The translations under genes were made by a program, and so were the position numbers. From a virus: a stretch of 64,000 nt of DNA. The stretch is from IMG/VR virus record IMGVR_UViG_3300009183_008543, positions 1 through 64,000 of that record. One strand, written 5' to 3'. The notes beneath the pieces were generated by a model. It searched no databases, was not told the DNA's origin, and saw only the letters and a program-made list of their open reading frames with translations. This document shows, in pieces, positions 28,716 to 37,208 of this stretch (position 1 is the first letter of the stretch; each line of letters opens with the position of its first letter).

Positions 28716-29477
28716 TTACAATCTCTGGTTTAGCTTATAAAAATATCTTTTTTCAATAATTTCATGATTATGATCATAAGATTTTCTGCAGTCATGTGTT
28801 TTTGCTACTTCCTTAATTGTTTTGTTTTCATGATGAATGACAAGACCAAGATGCAAAGAAAAAATATTTTTCTTTGCATCCAATAATCTCATGCTAAAAT
28901 CGCTATCTTCGCAATAAGCAAAATAAAGATATTTTTCATCAAACAAGCCAAATTCATCATAAATTTTTCTTGGAATACAAAAACACCAGCCGGGAATATA
29001 ATCTATTTCTGATCCAAAAGAAAATTTAACTCCTTTTCCTTTTGAATTTAAAATTCCGCCTAAATATCCAACTTGAGAAAAATTATGTTGCTGAATATGA
29101 GCGATCATCGCCTTATCCCAATCTGGAAGGACTTCTGTGTCGCTGTTAAGAAGGATTATGTATGGATTGGCAGATATCTTAGCCAAAGCATTATTTGGCT
29201 TAATGAAGCCTTCATTTATTTCACTTCGAACACAAATAATATCATTCTGATTTGATATCCATTCTTGAGTTTCTTTGTCAGAAGCATTATCCCAAATGTA
29301 AATTTGATATTTTTTTGTATTTTTTCTTATAGAATCAATACATTTTTTTAAATATTCAATTTGATTATGAACAACAATTAATATGTCTTTTTCTGCGGGT
29401 TCATATTTATTTGCACAAAGCAATTCTTGAAGAATTTGATCGTGGTATCCAGATATTCTATATGTTACATCACTCAT
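28716..29477 (-). CDS. GT2 family glycosyltransferase
   Basis: IWDNAS, NEGF..PNN, LLNSDT, GLFDE..FAYCEDSDFS; start placed after the terminator. Confidence 0.85.
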   Translation of the reverse strand: MSDVTYRISGYHDQILQELLCANKYEPAEKDILIVVHNQIEYLKKCIDSIRKNTKKYQIYIWDNASDKETQEWISNQNDIICVRSEINEGFIKPNNALAKISANPYIILLNSDTEVLPDWDKAMIAHIQQHNFSQVGYLGGILNSKGKGVKFSFGSEIDYIPGWCFCIPRKIYDEFGLFDEKYLYFAYCEDSDFSMRLLDAKKNIFSLHLGLVIHHENKTIKEVAKTHDCRKSYDHNHEIIEKRYFYKLNQRL

Positions 29478-29490
29478 TGTTAAATTATAC

Positions 29491-29518
29491 AAAAAAAGCG
29501 TGGATGATTCCACGCTTT
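29491..29518 (-). terminator. Rho-independent terminator
   Basis: AAAGCGTGGA-TGAT-TCCACGCTTT with a T-run on the minus strand. Confidence 0.8.
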
Positions 29519-29521
29519 AAT

Positions 29522-29839
29522 TTAACATTGACAATTTTTTAAAACATCAATCAATTGTTGCAACCTATCAATACCACCAACTTTTGTTGCAAATGATTTA
29601 AGCTCAATAAGAATATGAGTGCAATTTGCTAAATCACTAACACTATTTCCATCTGTGCCTTTTTTGGCGAGTTCTTTATTTCTTATGGCATAGATGTTGA
29701 CTTTAGATACATCAACACCTTGTTCTGAAATTTTTTCCTCGACAATTTTTTTCCAACCCTTGGGAGGCTGATCTTTAATCGCACCGATTTCATATAGAGT
29801 ATTTCTAACAAATTGCGTCACATTTGTGACACTATTCAT
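29522..29839 (-). CDS. Small putative DNA-binding protein (planctomycete-like family)
   Basis: QGVDVS..NIYAIR and LKSFATKVGGIDRLQQLIDVL; family recalled, not searched. Confidence 0.5.
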   Translation of the reverse strand: MNSVTNVTQFVRNTLYEIGAIKDQPPKGWKKIVEEKISEQGVDVSKVNIYAIRNKELAKKGTDGNSVSDLANCTHILIELKSFATKVGGIDRLQQLIDVLKNCQC

Positions 29840-29853
29840 GATGACCTCTATTG

Positions 29854-30333
29854 TTATGCACAGAATTTCATAGTTCCATCAACCTTTTCCTGTCGCAATA
29901 CCTTATTACGAACATGAATATTTAAAGATTGATATACATTATTGGCAAAATTCTTTGCACTGCTCTTATATCCATGCTTAAGTGCAAGATCAGCAACTTC
30001 AGCATAGGTCAAAGGATGTTTTGATTCACTAACAATTTTTTGAACTAATGCTGGCAAACTACTTGGTTTGTCAATAGAAGAACTAGAAGCTATTACATCC
30101 TTTACACGACTAGGCTTTCGTTTTGTTGAATTCTTTTTTGCTGTGGATTTGCTTCGATTCGAATAATTCTTTTCTGGTTTAGCCACAGTCTCTTCAACAT
30201 CAATACCTTTAAATAACATATTGATTTTCTGTTCATATGGAAGAATAGCTTCCATTTTTTCAATCAAATCACCAAGCATCTTGTGCTGGTTCTTGTAAGC
30301 ATTTAGCTTTTCTTGCAAAATATTAGAACTCAT
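29854..30333 (-). CDS. Coiled coil + basic linker + winged-helix (HARE-HTH-like) nucleoid-type protein
   Basis: SLPALVQKIV...PLTYAEVADLALKHGYKSSAKNFANNVYQSL; GGAG before ATG 30333. Confidence 0.65.
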   Translation of the reverse strand: MSSNILQEKLNAYKNQHKMLGDLIEKMEAILPYEQKINMLFKGIDVEETVAKPEKNYSNRSKSTAKKNSTKRKPSRVKDVIASSSSIDKPSSLPALVQKIVSESKHPLTYAEVADLALKHGYKSSAKNFANNVYQSLNIHVRNKVLRQEKVDGTMKFCA

Positions 30334-30399
30334 GACCACAATCTCCAAATGTCATTTGTTTTTTGTATTTGTAGGATTAATGACCAAATCCATACAAAT
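30331..30399 (-). promoter_or_regulatory. Structured 5' leader (hairpin with possible pseudoknot)
   Basis: Stem ATTTGTA(T)GGATT/AATCC-TACAAAT; loop GTCATT is complementary to downstream AATGAC. Confidence 0.5.
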
Positions 30400-30418
30400 C
30401 TATAATAACCACAGTTTA

Positions 30419-30446
30419 ATCTTAACACTTTAGATAAGATCGTAAA
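30419..30446 (-). promoter_or_regulatory. Putative early promoter TTTACG-N16-TAAGAT
   Basis: Shares layout with 24119-24146. Confidence 0.4.
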
Positions 30447-30530
30447 GTTAAAGTGATAAATTTTTTTCAAAATATATAAAAATACAATATACACACTAAA
30501 TTATAAGTACTGACTAACAAAGGAATTAAA

Positions 30531-30713
30531 ATGCTAGTACTATCAAGAAAAAAAGATGAAAAAATTATTTTAAAGCATCCAGATATGCCAGACATTAAAA
30601 TCACTATAGTAAGAATTGATAATAGAAATAAAGTTAGAATAGGTATTGAAGCAGACAAAGAGATCACTGTTATTCGTAGCGAACTTGAAGTCACTACATG
30701 TAACAACGATTAG
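30531..30713 (+). CDS. csrA: Carbon storage regulator CsrA/RsmA homolog 1
   Basis: MLVLSRKKDEKI...KVRIGIEA..EITVIRSEL. Confidence 0.92.
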   Translation: MLVLSRKKDEKIILKHPDMPDIKITIVRIDNRNKVRIGIEADKEITVIRSELEVTTCNND

Positions 30714-30990
30714 GAACCTTGGTTTCACGAAGATATACAATAAATTCATCGTGATTTAAACTGTCAATATTTATCTTTTGGTCAATAATTAAAGATTCTT
30801 GATCTGATAATTTTAATTTATTTTTTATCTGTTCAAATGTATAGTTCTTTTTTCTGACTATCCAAGCTGCTGCTAGTAACCTCGACTGTGCAGATGAATC
30901 GAAAAGCACATTACAATAAGTACAAATACATATTCCATCTTGAAGAGGTTTAGGTAACGAGTTACCACAATTCGGACAGGCATATATCAT
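30694..30990 (-). CDS. Zn-ribbon + HTH-like hypothetical protein
   Basis: CPNCG...CTYC; start after the terminator and CATAAATA (30996-31003). Confidence 0.6.
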   Translation of the reverse strand: MIYACPNCGNSLPKPLQDGICICTYCNVLFDSSAQSRLLAAAWIVRKKNYTFEQIKNKLKLSDQESLIIDQKINIDSLNHDEFIVYLRETKVPNRCYM

Positions 30991-31012
30991 TACCATATTT
31001 ATGCATATCAAT

Positions 31013-31044
31013 AAAAAAACCCCACCATATAGTGGGGTTTTTTT
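31013..31044. terminator. Rho-independent terminator (bidirectional) after the ParB-like gene
   Basis: AAAAAAACCCCAC-CATATA-GTGGGGTTTTTTT. Confidence 0.85.
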
Positions 31045-31055
31045 ATTTTGACACT

Positions 31056-32285
31056 TTAACTGGGAAAACACTTCTTCAAAATCTTAGAACAATCTTCATC
31101 TCCGTCATGAATTCCCTTGATAATCTTGACAATTGTCTTTAAAACATCTGTTTTTTCAATCTTTTCTGGTAATGAAAACATTGGCTCTGATTCAAGACAA
31201 GCACAATCATTTCTTTGCACCCTTGTCAAATAATCAAGATAATTATTCTTGATTTTATTTTGAGTCAAAGATTTTGGCTTCGAAACTTCAGAACTTCTAT
31301 TTGAATTGCCAGAAGATTTAATTGCAGCGACCACATCTTTGCCCTTGGTTGATTTGCGATTCTCTTTCTGACGAGTAACAGCATCAGCAACTTTGGCACT
31401 AGCTTTTTCAAAAGTGTGTTCTGCTTCAAAAATTTCTTCATCACTACCTTGAACAGTAGCAACTTTTACTTCTACCAAAGCAATTTCTTTTTCCCGATTC
31501 GCCCTTTCAATCCTTCTTTCATCACGCTCGCTACGAACCTTATTCTTTTCTTCGCTTATGGCATTAGCTTTTTCACGAATTTCACTTCTTTCTTCAACAC
31601 TATCAATGCTAGACAACTTAATGGCAGCAAGAAGATTGATCCTTCCTTCAAACAAATCATTTAAAGTTGCGGGATCAAGTTTCTTTACAAGTTCTTCGGT
31701 ATCTTTCAACCAAGACTTATTCTTTTGAAGAATAGCAAGGATTTTGTCATCTGGAGCTTTATACTTTCGCAATTCCATCAACAAGGCAATATCATGACCT
31801 TCGTTGAAGTTTTTGCGACAAGCGTTTTCGCTATAACTGTAAGACAAAGCCTCAAAATCATCTTCGGTACGATAAATTTGACATGGAATAGAAGCGTAAA
31901 CTTGACTTGCCTGTTTCCAAGCATATTCCTTATTGCCTTTTTTATCTTCAATGATTTGAGAACAATCTTTCACAACAATATTGTTTTCCATCAAATAGGA
32001 TACAGCCCTATATCTTCTTTCGCCACCAACGAGTTGGATCTTGCCTTCTTCTTGCATCCACCTGCAAATTATAGGAACCATCAACCCTTTATCTTTAATA
32101 TCTTCACGAAGAACTTCTGATAGTTCACTATCAATCAAATCGTTTTGACCCTGCTCGGTATATCTTCGAGGATTCTCGAATCCATATTTACCAGAGTTAC
32201 TATCATTCTCGGCAATTTCAATCAGATCAAAAGGAACAAGATACAGAGTTCCATGAAGATGCTTAATGCTGTCTGGAAGATTCAT
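31056..32285 (-). CDS. ParB/Srx N-terminal domain protein with HTH and coiled coil
   Basis: NPR, KGLMVPI, LVGGERRYRAV, ENACRKNF; AAGGAG before ATG 32285. Confidence 0.8.
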   Translation of the reverse strand: MNLPDSIKHLHGTLYLVPFDLIEIAENDSNSGKYGFENPRRYTEQGQNDLIDSELSEVLREDIKDKGLMVPIICRWMQEEGKIQLVGGERRYRAVSYLMENNIVVKDCSQIIEDKKGNKEYAWKQASQVYASIPCQIYRTEDDFEALSYSYSENACRKNFNEGHDIALLMELRKYKAPDDKILAILQKNKSWLKDTEELVKKLDPATLNDLFEGRINLLAAIKLSSIDSVEERSEIREKANAISEEKNKVRSERDERRIERANREKEIALVEVKVATVQGSDEEIFEAEHTFEKASAKVADAVTRQKENRKSTKGKDVVAAIKSSGNSNRSSEVSKPKSLTQNKIKNNYLDYLTRVQRNDCACLESEPMFSLPEKIEKTDVLKTIVKIIKGIHDGDEDCSKILKKCFPS

Positions 32286-32292
32286 ACTGACA

Positions 32293-32321
32293 CTCCTTCG
32301 CATAATGGGATTGACATCCGT
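32293..32321 (-). promoter_or_regulatory. Putative paired CsrA-binding sites in the ParB-like leader
   Basis: ACGGAUGU (32314-32321) plus SD AAGGAG (32293-32298). Confidence 0.45.
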
Positions 32322-32368
32322 TTCAAAAAACCACTCAAATTACCTACAACGGCAAATTGATCTGAGCT

Positions 32369-32397
32369 AGAATATTCTCATTTGCCAAAGTTGTCAA
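32369..32397 (-). promoter_or_regulatory. Sigma-70 promoter for the ParB-like gene
   Basis: TTGACA-N17-TATTCT. Confidence 0.7.
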
Positions 32398-32474
32398 TAC
32401 CAACAATCTTTTTATTTTAAAATTTAAATTTTTGACAATTAATGAATTTTATGTGAGTCGTATAGATCTAACAA

Positions 32475-33419
32475 TCACTTTTTTTTGTGAGAAGAAATCT
32501 CAGAAACCCAAAATGAAAGATCTAGCTTTTCCCATTTGAAATTTGACCATGCATCTACATATGACCGCAATTTTATTGATAAATCGTGACTATTAAGCTT
32601 AGAAAACGCATTCCAATCATCAACTTCCCAAACAGGAAGACCATCATAAATTCCATTTATTGGGAGCTTCTGTATCACAGGTATTCTACCAAGTGACAAA
32701 ACCTCCCAAACTCTGTGGGTATCGTATCCTTCCCCGGCAGGGCAAATTACGAAAGCGGAAGATTTCATCGATAGCCAAAAATTACATCTACTGGAAAGTG
32801 ACAACCATTTTATCCATTTTACCTCACGCAAAGATTCGTATATTGGAATACGAATACTCGCTCGCCTCTTTGGTGTGTTCATAGCCAAATGAAAATTAGC
32901 TAAAACAGGAATAGCATCACAATTTGATATTGGTAAAATATTATTACGCAGTTCGATCAGTTCTCTCTCCTGATCCTCCGCAGTCATGCCTTTGTTGCCC
33001 CAAGGATGATCAGAAACAGATCTAAATAAAGTGTGGTAGTCAATTCCTATTGGTATAGAACCAAACTTAAATCCAAGGCAATTATTCTGTGTATAGACTG
33101 CCAGAACCTTGTCACTATCCAGCAGTCTCTGAATTGTCTCATCTGAATAGTCATATGGCATAATCTTATCATCACCATTAACTACTATCACCATAGGATT
33201 GGAAAATCTATCAAGTAGTTTTGAAAATCTGGCTACCTCATTGCCATGTACAAATACAGTATTTCCATAGAGATTATCGGCTTTCCAACCGTGTGTGACA
33301 TCATTATTTTTATATTTTGGAGGTTGATCACAGGAAAGTGCTATGCCAATGGAACTGACGATGGAGCATAGATGTTCTGTATGTTTTAAACCCACCGCCT
33401 CTTGATTATTCCGTAGCAT
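32475..33419 (-). CDS. Exostosin (GT47)-like glycosyltransferase
   Basis: SIPIGIDYH, FVICPAGEGYDTHRVWEVLSLGRIPV, YDGLPV..VDDW. Confidence 0.75.
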   Translation of the reverse strand: MLRNNQEAVGLKHTEHLCSIVSSIGIALSCDQPPKYKNNDVTHGWKADNLYGNTVFVHGNEVARFSKLLDRFSNPMVIVVNGDDKIMPYDYSDETIQRLLDSDKVLAVYTQNNCLGFKFGSIPIGIDYHTLFRSVSDHPWGNKGMTAEDQERELIELRNNILPISNCDAIPVLANFHLAMNTPKRRASIRIPIYESLREVKWIKWLSLSSRCNFWLSMKSSAFVICPAGEGYDTHRVWEVLSLGRIPVIQKLPINGIYDGLPVWEVDDWNAFSKLNSHDLSIKLRSYVDAWSNFKWEKLDLSFWVSEISSHKKK

Positions 33420-33432
33420 TATGTGTCCATAA

Positions 33433-33630
33433 TCACATTTTATTTGATTTATATAAATTATTTATAGCTTTTGTAATTGCATTTTCCTTTGTAGAAAAAA
33501 CAATTGCTCCACAAAAACCACAAATTAAATTCAAATCATCATCAAAAGAAAAGCTTTTGTCTCTAAGATGCTTACAGCAACTAGGACAACTTTTTTCTTT
33601 TGGTATGTGATTTTCCAGAAATGATGTCAT
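33433..33630 (-). CDS. Small Zn-ribbon protein
   Basis: CPSC...CGFC; overlaps the 3' end of csrA-2. Confidence 0.5.
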   Translation of the reverse strand: MTSFLENHIPKEKSCPSCCKHLRDKSFSFDDDLNLICGFCGAIVFSTKENAITKAINNLYKSNKM

Positions 33631-33775
33631 CTTGTATTTCTTTCCTAAATACAGGTATATCAGTAGGAGCATCAATGCCAAGTCTAACCTTTCCATTGGC
33701 TGCTTCAACTAAAGTTACGATGATATTATTATTGATTACTATACTTTGATTTACTTTTCTAGATAAAATAAGCAT
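33581..33775 (-). CDS. csrA: Carbon storage regulator CsrA/RsmA homolog 2
   Basis: MLILSRKVNQSIVINNNIIVTLVE....KVRLGIDAPTDIPVFRKEI. Confidence 0.95.
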   Translation of the reverse strand: MLILSRKVNQSIVINNNIIVTLVEAANGKVRLGIDAPTDIPVFRKEIQDDIISGKSHTKRKKLS

Positions 33776-33816
33776 GGTTTGTCCGTCCTTGAAAACCTTT
33801 TTTATAACTCATTACA

Positions 33817-33845
33817 ATCATAACCATACAAACGAAAAAAGGCAA
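33817..33845 (-). promoter_or_regulatory. Sigma-70 promoter for csrA-2, overlapping the upstream terminator
   Basis: TTGCCT-N17-TATGAT. Confidence 0.55.
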
Positions 33846-33868
33846 CAGCATAATGCTGTTGCCTTTTT
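33835..33868. terminator. Rho-independent terminator
   Basis: AAAAAGGCAACAGCA-TAA-TGCTGTTGCCTTTTT. Confidence 0.85.
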
Positions 33869-33884
33869 ATTTATGTTAATTAAA

Positions 33885-34043
33885 TTAGAAGAGTCTTTGA
33901 TTACATACAGTAACAGCAGCAACATAAGCTCCCCTCATGGCGCTACAAAGAACATTCAATTTAGGGCAACTTGGGTAAAAGTATCTCCAAGTAGCTACAG
34001 TATAAGTCGCTTGACCTTGATATTCGCCTGTTTTACAACGCAT
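33885..34043 (-). CDS. 52-aa Cys-containing small protein not in the ORF track
   Basis: MRCKTGEYQGQATYTVATWRYFYPSCPKLNVLCSAMRGAYVAAVTVCNQRLF*; GGAGG RBS; terminator immediately downstream. Confidence 0.75.
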   Translation of the reverse strand: MRCKTGEYQGQATYTVATWRYFYPSCPKLNVLCSAMRGAYVAAVTVCNQRLF

Positions 34044-34067
34044 AGTTCCTCCAGTATTGTAGAAAAG

Positions 34068-34901
34068 TTAATCTATACTATTTATCTCTGAGGATTTTAT
34101 ATTTATTGATTCATAATATTCATTGCGTGTCTTTCGCAAAATTTCTTTCAATTTTGGCGATAAGTTGTTTGTTGTGCCATTTCCTTCATGGTTTATCCAT
34201 GAAGATCCAGCAATAGCTTGTTTATAACCTTTATCTCTCATGCGAGATGCAAATTCATGAGATTCACAACCAGCCAATGAAATATTGTTGAACAATCCAA
34301 CATGCTTGAAAATATCTCTATGTGCCAAAGAACAAAACATAGGAAGATATTCACTTTCATTTAAAATATAATCATCCGACTTTTGTGATCGTTCGGTCAC
34401 TAAATGACTCATATTTTCATCAAAATAATTGCTTCTAGCAGAAACCATTTTTATTCCATTGTCTTTCATTCTTTTTAATGTTCCTCCCAAGTTAGACAAC
34501 CAAGCTGGTCCCACTGGAATGGCATCGGAATGCATTATGCAAACATAAGGAATCCAATCATTTTTTCTATTTTGAAGAGCGAAATTTACTGCGGCACCAA
34601 AACCTTCATGCTCATTTTTTCTATAACAAACTAATCCATCTATTTTTTTTGAAGCTAATTCTTTGATAAATCCATGATTGGGAGAACCATCATCAATCAA
34701 AGTTATTTGATATCTATTGCTAGTCACAGTGGCAAAAATCGCCTCAATTAGATTGACAACCTTATGATACAATGTATGAAAAGGAATAATAATTTCTACT
34801 GAAGACATTAGGCGTGGATCAGGACTACTAAAATTATTAGAAGTCATTCTACCTTCCATAAACCCATCTGAGCCAACTTCTTGTTTTTCATCCATGTCCA
34901 A
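34068..34901 (-). CDS. GT2 family glycosyltransferase (partly degenerate)
   Basis: IIIPFH, LIDDGS, GFGAAVN, MHSD, VGLF; canonical ED.D reads ESHE. Confidence 0.75.
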   Translation of the reverse strand: MDMDEKQEVGSDGFMEGRMTSNNFSSPDPRLMSSVEIIIPFHTLYHKVVNLIEAIFATVTSNRYQITLIDDGSPNHGFIKELASKKIDGLVCYRKNEHEGFGAAVNFALQNRKNDWIPYVCIMHSDAIPVGPAWLSNLGGTLKRMKDNGIKMVSARSNYFDENMSHLVTERSQKSDDYILNESEYLPMFCSLAHRDIFKHVGLFNNISLAGCESHEFASRMRDKGYKQAIAGSSWINHEGNGTTNNLSPKLKEILRKTRNEYYESINIKSSEINSID

Positions 34902-35421
34902 TCTCCATTAAAATTTCATCTAAGGTTCTTTTGAATAAAATAAGGTCATTTAAGAAAAAATATTTTTGCTGATTTTCCTCTATCAAATTCAATAATTTTT
35001 CATTTTGCCTTCTAACTTCAAAAACATTTATAAGACAATTATATTCTTTTCTTTCATTAAGCATGAAACATTTTTTGTAATAAAAAATATCTTTATCTGA
35101 AAATTTATTGGTCAAAATTAAAATCAATTTATTGCAATCTTCTTGATTTCCAATTCCATTGATACAATCTATAATTTTTTTTGAAAAAAGATTGTTGTCT
35201 TTGCTCATAGAATAATTATCAATTTGAGCCATACTTTCACCATAACTTTTTGGTAAATTTTCATTGCCAGCAACGAAAATTTTTGCGTTCATACCAATTT
35301 TTGTTGCGAACAACATCAACATTTCTTTGATCTGTTTCAGAGCAGATTTACCATTAAGTATAAAATCATCCATGTCAAAGATAACACCGACATAAGTTGA
35401 TTTTTCAAATCCAGATAACAT
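34888..35421 (-). CDS. Degenerate vWA-like protein
   Basis: VGVIFDMD...KLILILTNK alpha/beta pattern with no intact MIDAS. Confidence 0.35.
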   Translation of the reverse strand: MLSGFEKSTYVGVIFDMDDFILNGKSALKQIKEMLMLFATKIGMNAKIFVAGNENLPKSYGESMAQIDNYSMSKDNNLFSKKIIDCINGIGNQEDCNKLILILTNKFSDKDIFYYKKCFMLNERKEYNCLINVFEVRRQNEKLLNLIEENQQKYFFLNDLILFKRTLDEILMEIGHG

Positions 35422-35474
35422 TTTTAATCTCCAGAACTCTATTAGATAAGCCGCTTTAGCCAAGATAAAAGAGA

Positions 35475-36353
35475 GTGAGGAACTGGAAAATGATAGATAA
35501 TAAACAAATTAAAGAATATATTCGTGCATGTGAACATATGATTCGTTTTTTCAACAATATTTTAAATAAAAAAATAAAAGATAATGATAATAGTCACGGG
35601 AATCTGGCGGAACTTACAGACTTAAGAATCATGGCTAAATCAAAAGAATGGGCAGAGGCTTATGATGAGAAAATATGCTCAATTGATAATCTTAGAAAAT
35701 TTATTGAGACTATAAGCACACCTATAAGCAATAAAAGTATATTAGAGTTTGGATGCAACGACAACGAATTAGCTTCATTATTCAAAAATGAATGCGGAGC
35801 AAAAAAAGTTGTATCTTACGATCTTGAACTTTGCAAATTTAAACAAGAAAATATAAATGATCAAAAAATTATTTACACAGAAAATTTTCGAATTGTTCAA
35901 CAAAATGCTCCATATGACATCATTGTTGCAAATGATGTTTTAGATCATGTTGAAAATCCAGTTCATTGGCTAAAACAAATATCATTATTGATGGAAGAAA
36001 ATTCAAGATTATTCGTTCGATTTCATCCCTATACATCTCGCAATGGAACTCATCTTGGAAATCAAATAAACAAAGCATATATTCATTTGATTTTTTCTGA
36101 TGATGAATTGGCAACCTTTGGAGTTTCAAATAAATTTACTAAAGAAATTGTTGATCTTCAAGTTTCTTACAAAAAATTCATAGAAGCATCTGGTCTTAAG
36201 ATAATCAAACATAGTGTCAAAAAGAATCCTGTAGATATTATCTTTTCAACAGATAATAGAATTGTAAATAGACTTAGAAAGTATCTGCCGGTAGAAACAA
36301 ATATCAACGATGTTCTTGAAGTTGAATATATTGATTATGAATTGATGAAATAA
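35475..36353 (+). CDS. Class I SAM methyltransferase (paralog of 19707..20594)
   Basis: ILEFGCND, SYDL, NDVLDH, RFHPYTSRNGTH. Confidence 0.75.
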   Translation: MRNWKMIDNKQIKEYIRACEHMIRFFNNILNKKIKDNDNSHGNLAELTDLRIMAKSKEWAEAYDEKICSIDNLRKFIETISTPISNKSILEFGCNDNELASLFKNECGAKKVVSYDLELCKFKQENINDQKIIYTENFRIVQQNAPYDIIVANDVLDHVENPVHWLKQISLLMEENSRLFVRFHPYTSRNGTHLGNQINKAYIHLIFSDDELATFGVSNKFTKEIVDLQVSYKKFIEASGLKIIKHSVKKNPVDIIFSTDNRIVNRLRKYLPVETNINDVLEVEYIDYELMK

Positions 36354-36965
36354 TCAAGCCTCGTCATTTTCTAATTCTATTAACCAATATGCCGCACCTA
36401 AAAAAGACTGCCAATCTTTGACAATATAATCACATTTTAAAGCATTGAATTTTGGTTTTTTTGGAATTCTCAACAAAGTCATATTTGCTTGAACTGGTGT
36501 TCTATTTGCTTTTTTAGTATTGCATTTTATACAAGCCAAAGCACAATTCTCCCAAGTTGTAAGACCGCCACGACTCCTTGGAATTATATGATCAATAGAA
36601 AGCTCTTCAGTTCCGGGTCTTTTCCCACAATACTGACACTGATACTGGTCTCTTTTGTATAGTGTTTTTCTGCAATAATAAGCCTTGCGATTTGGAATTT
36701 TATCATATCTCGTAAGCTGTATTACAGAAGGAATACGAAATGTCGCACTTACAGAACGAATAATTTCTTCGCCCTCTTTAGGCTTTGTTTTTGACCAATC
36801 ATTCCAGTTTAAAGTTTGAAAATCATTGGAACAATCAACTATTATGGCTTTTGGTTCACCATCTTTATATTCGCTGAATAATTTTATAAGAGCTTTCTCT
36901 AGCGTCAAAACCGCTACAGGTTTCCAAGAACGATTTAGAACTAAAACCTTTTTGTGAGCTATCAT
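36354..36965 (-). CDS. HNH endonuclease (McrA/HNH_5-like)
   Basis: VLVLNRSW, RDQYQCQYCG, LSIDHIIPRSRGG..TWENC..AC.KCN.KK. Confidence 0.92.
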   Translation of the reverse strand: MIAHKKVLVLNRSWKPVAVLTLEKALIKLFSEYKDGEPKAIIVDCSNDFQTLNWNDWSKTKPKEGEEIIRSVSATFRIPSVIQLTRYDKIPNRKAYYCRKTLYKRDQYQCQYCGKRPGTEELSIDHIIPRSRGGLTTWENCALACIKCNTKKANRTPVQANMTLLRIPKKPKFNALKCDYIVKDWQSFLGAAYWLIELENDEA

Positions 36966-36986
36966 GAAATTATTTATGAGTTACGA

Positions 36987-37208
36987 TTACAAATCATCGT
37001 AATTATTTTCTTCTGGTGGTTTTATATCAAAACATTTTTTGAATAGAGTTGTTTGAAATTGTTTGACTAATTGAATTGACTCCTCTCTGTTGAAGCCAGA
37101 TTCGCACAAACTCTTGTGATAACTTCCTAAAAAGTTAGCAAGCTGTCCAATATTTGCAGCAGCTTGTTCAAAATCTGAAATTCTTTTAAAAAAATCTGAA
37201 TTATCCAT
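36987..37208 (-). CDS. Hypothetical protein
   Basis: Small ORF coupled to the upstream GT2 gene. Confidence 0.55.
   Translation of the reverse strand: MDNSDFFKRISDFEQAAANIGQLANFLGSYHKSLCESGFNREESIQLVKQFQTTLFKKCFDIKPPEENNYDDL

Noticed and set aside
30340-30399. preQ1-I or SAM-II riboswitch
   Set aside because: Similar topology, but the conserved ligand-binding nucleotides are not recognisable; kept only as an unassigned structure
30721-30736. parS-like GTTTCACG half-site
   Set aside because: Second half is not palindromic and the site lies within coding sequence
28657-31071. Long ORF-track starts for clpX, GT2, the winged-helix gene and the Zn-ribbon gene
   Set aside because: Extensions cross terminators or RBS motifs; downstream ATGs fit better
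33774-34091. 105-aa plus-strand ORF
   Set aside because: Runs through a terminator and is antisense to the better-supported 52-aa ORF
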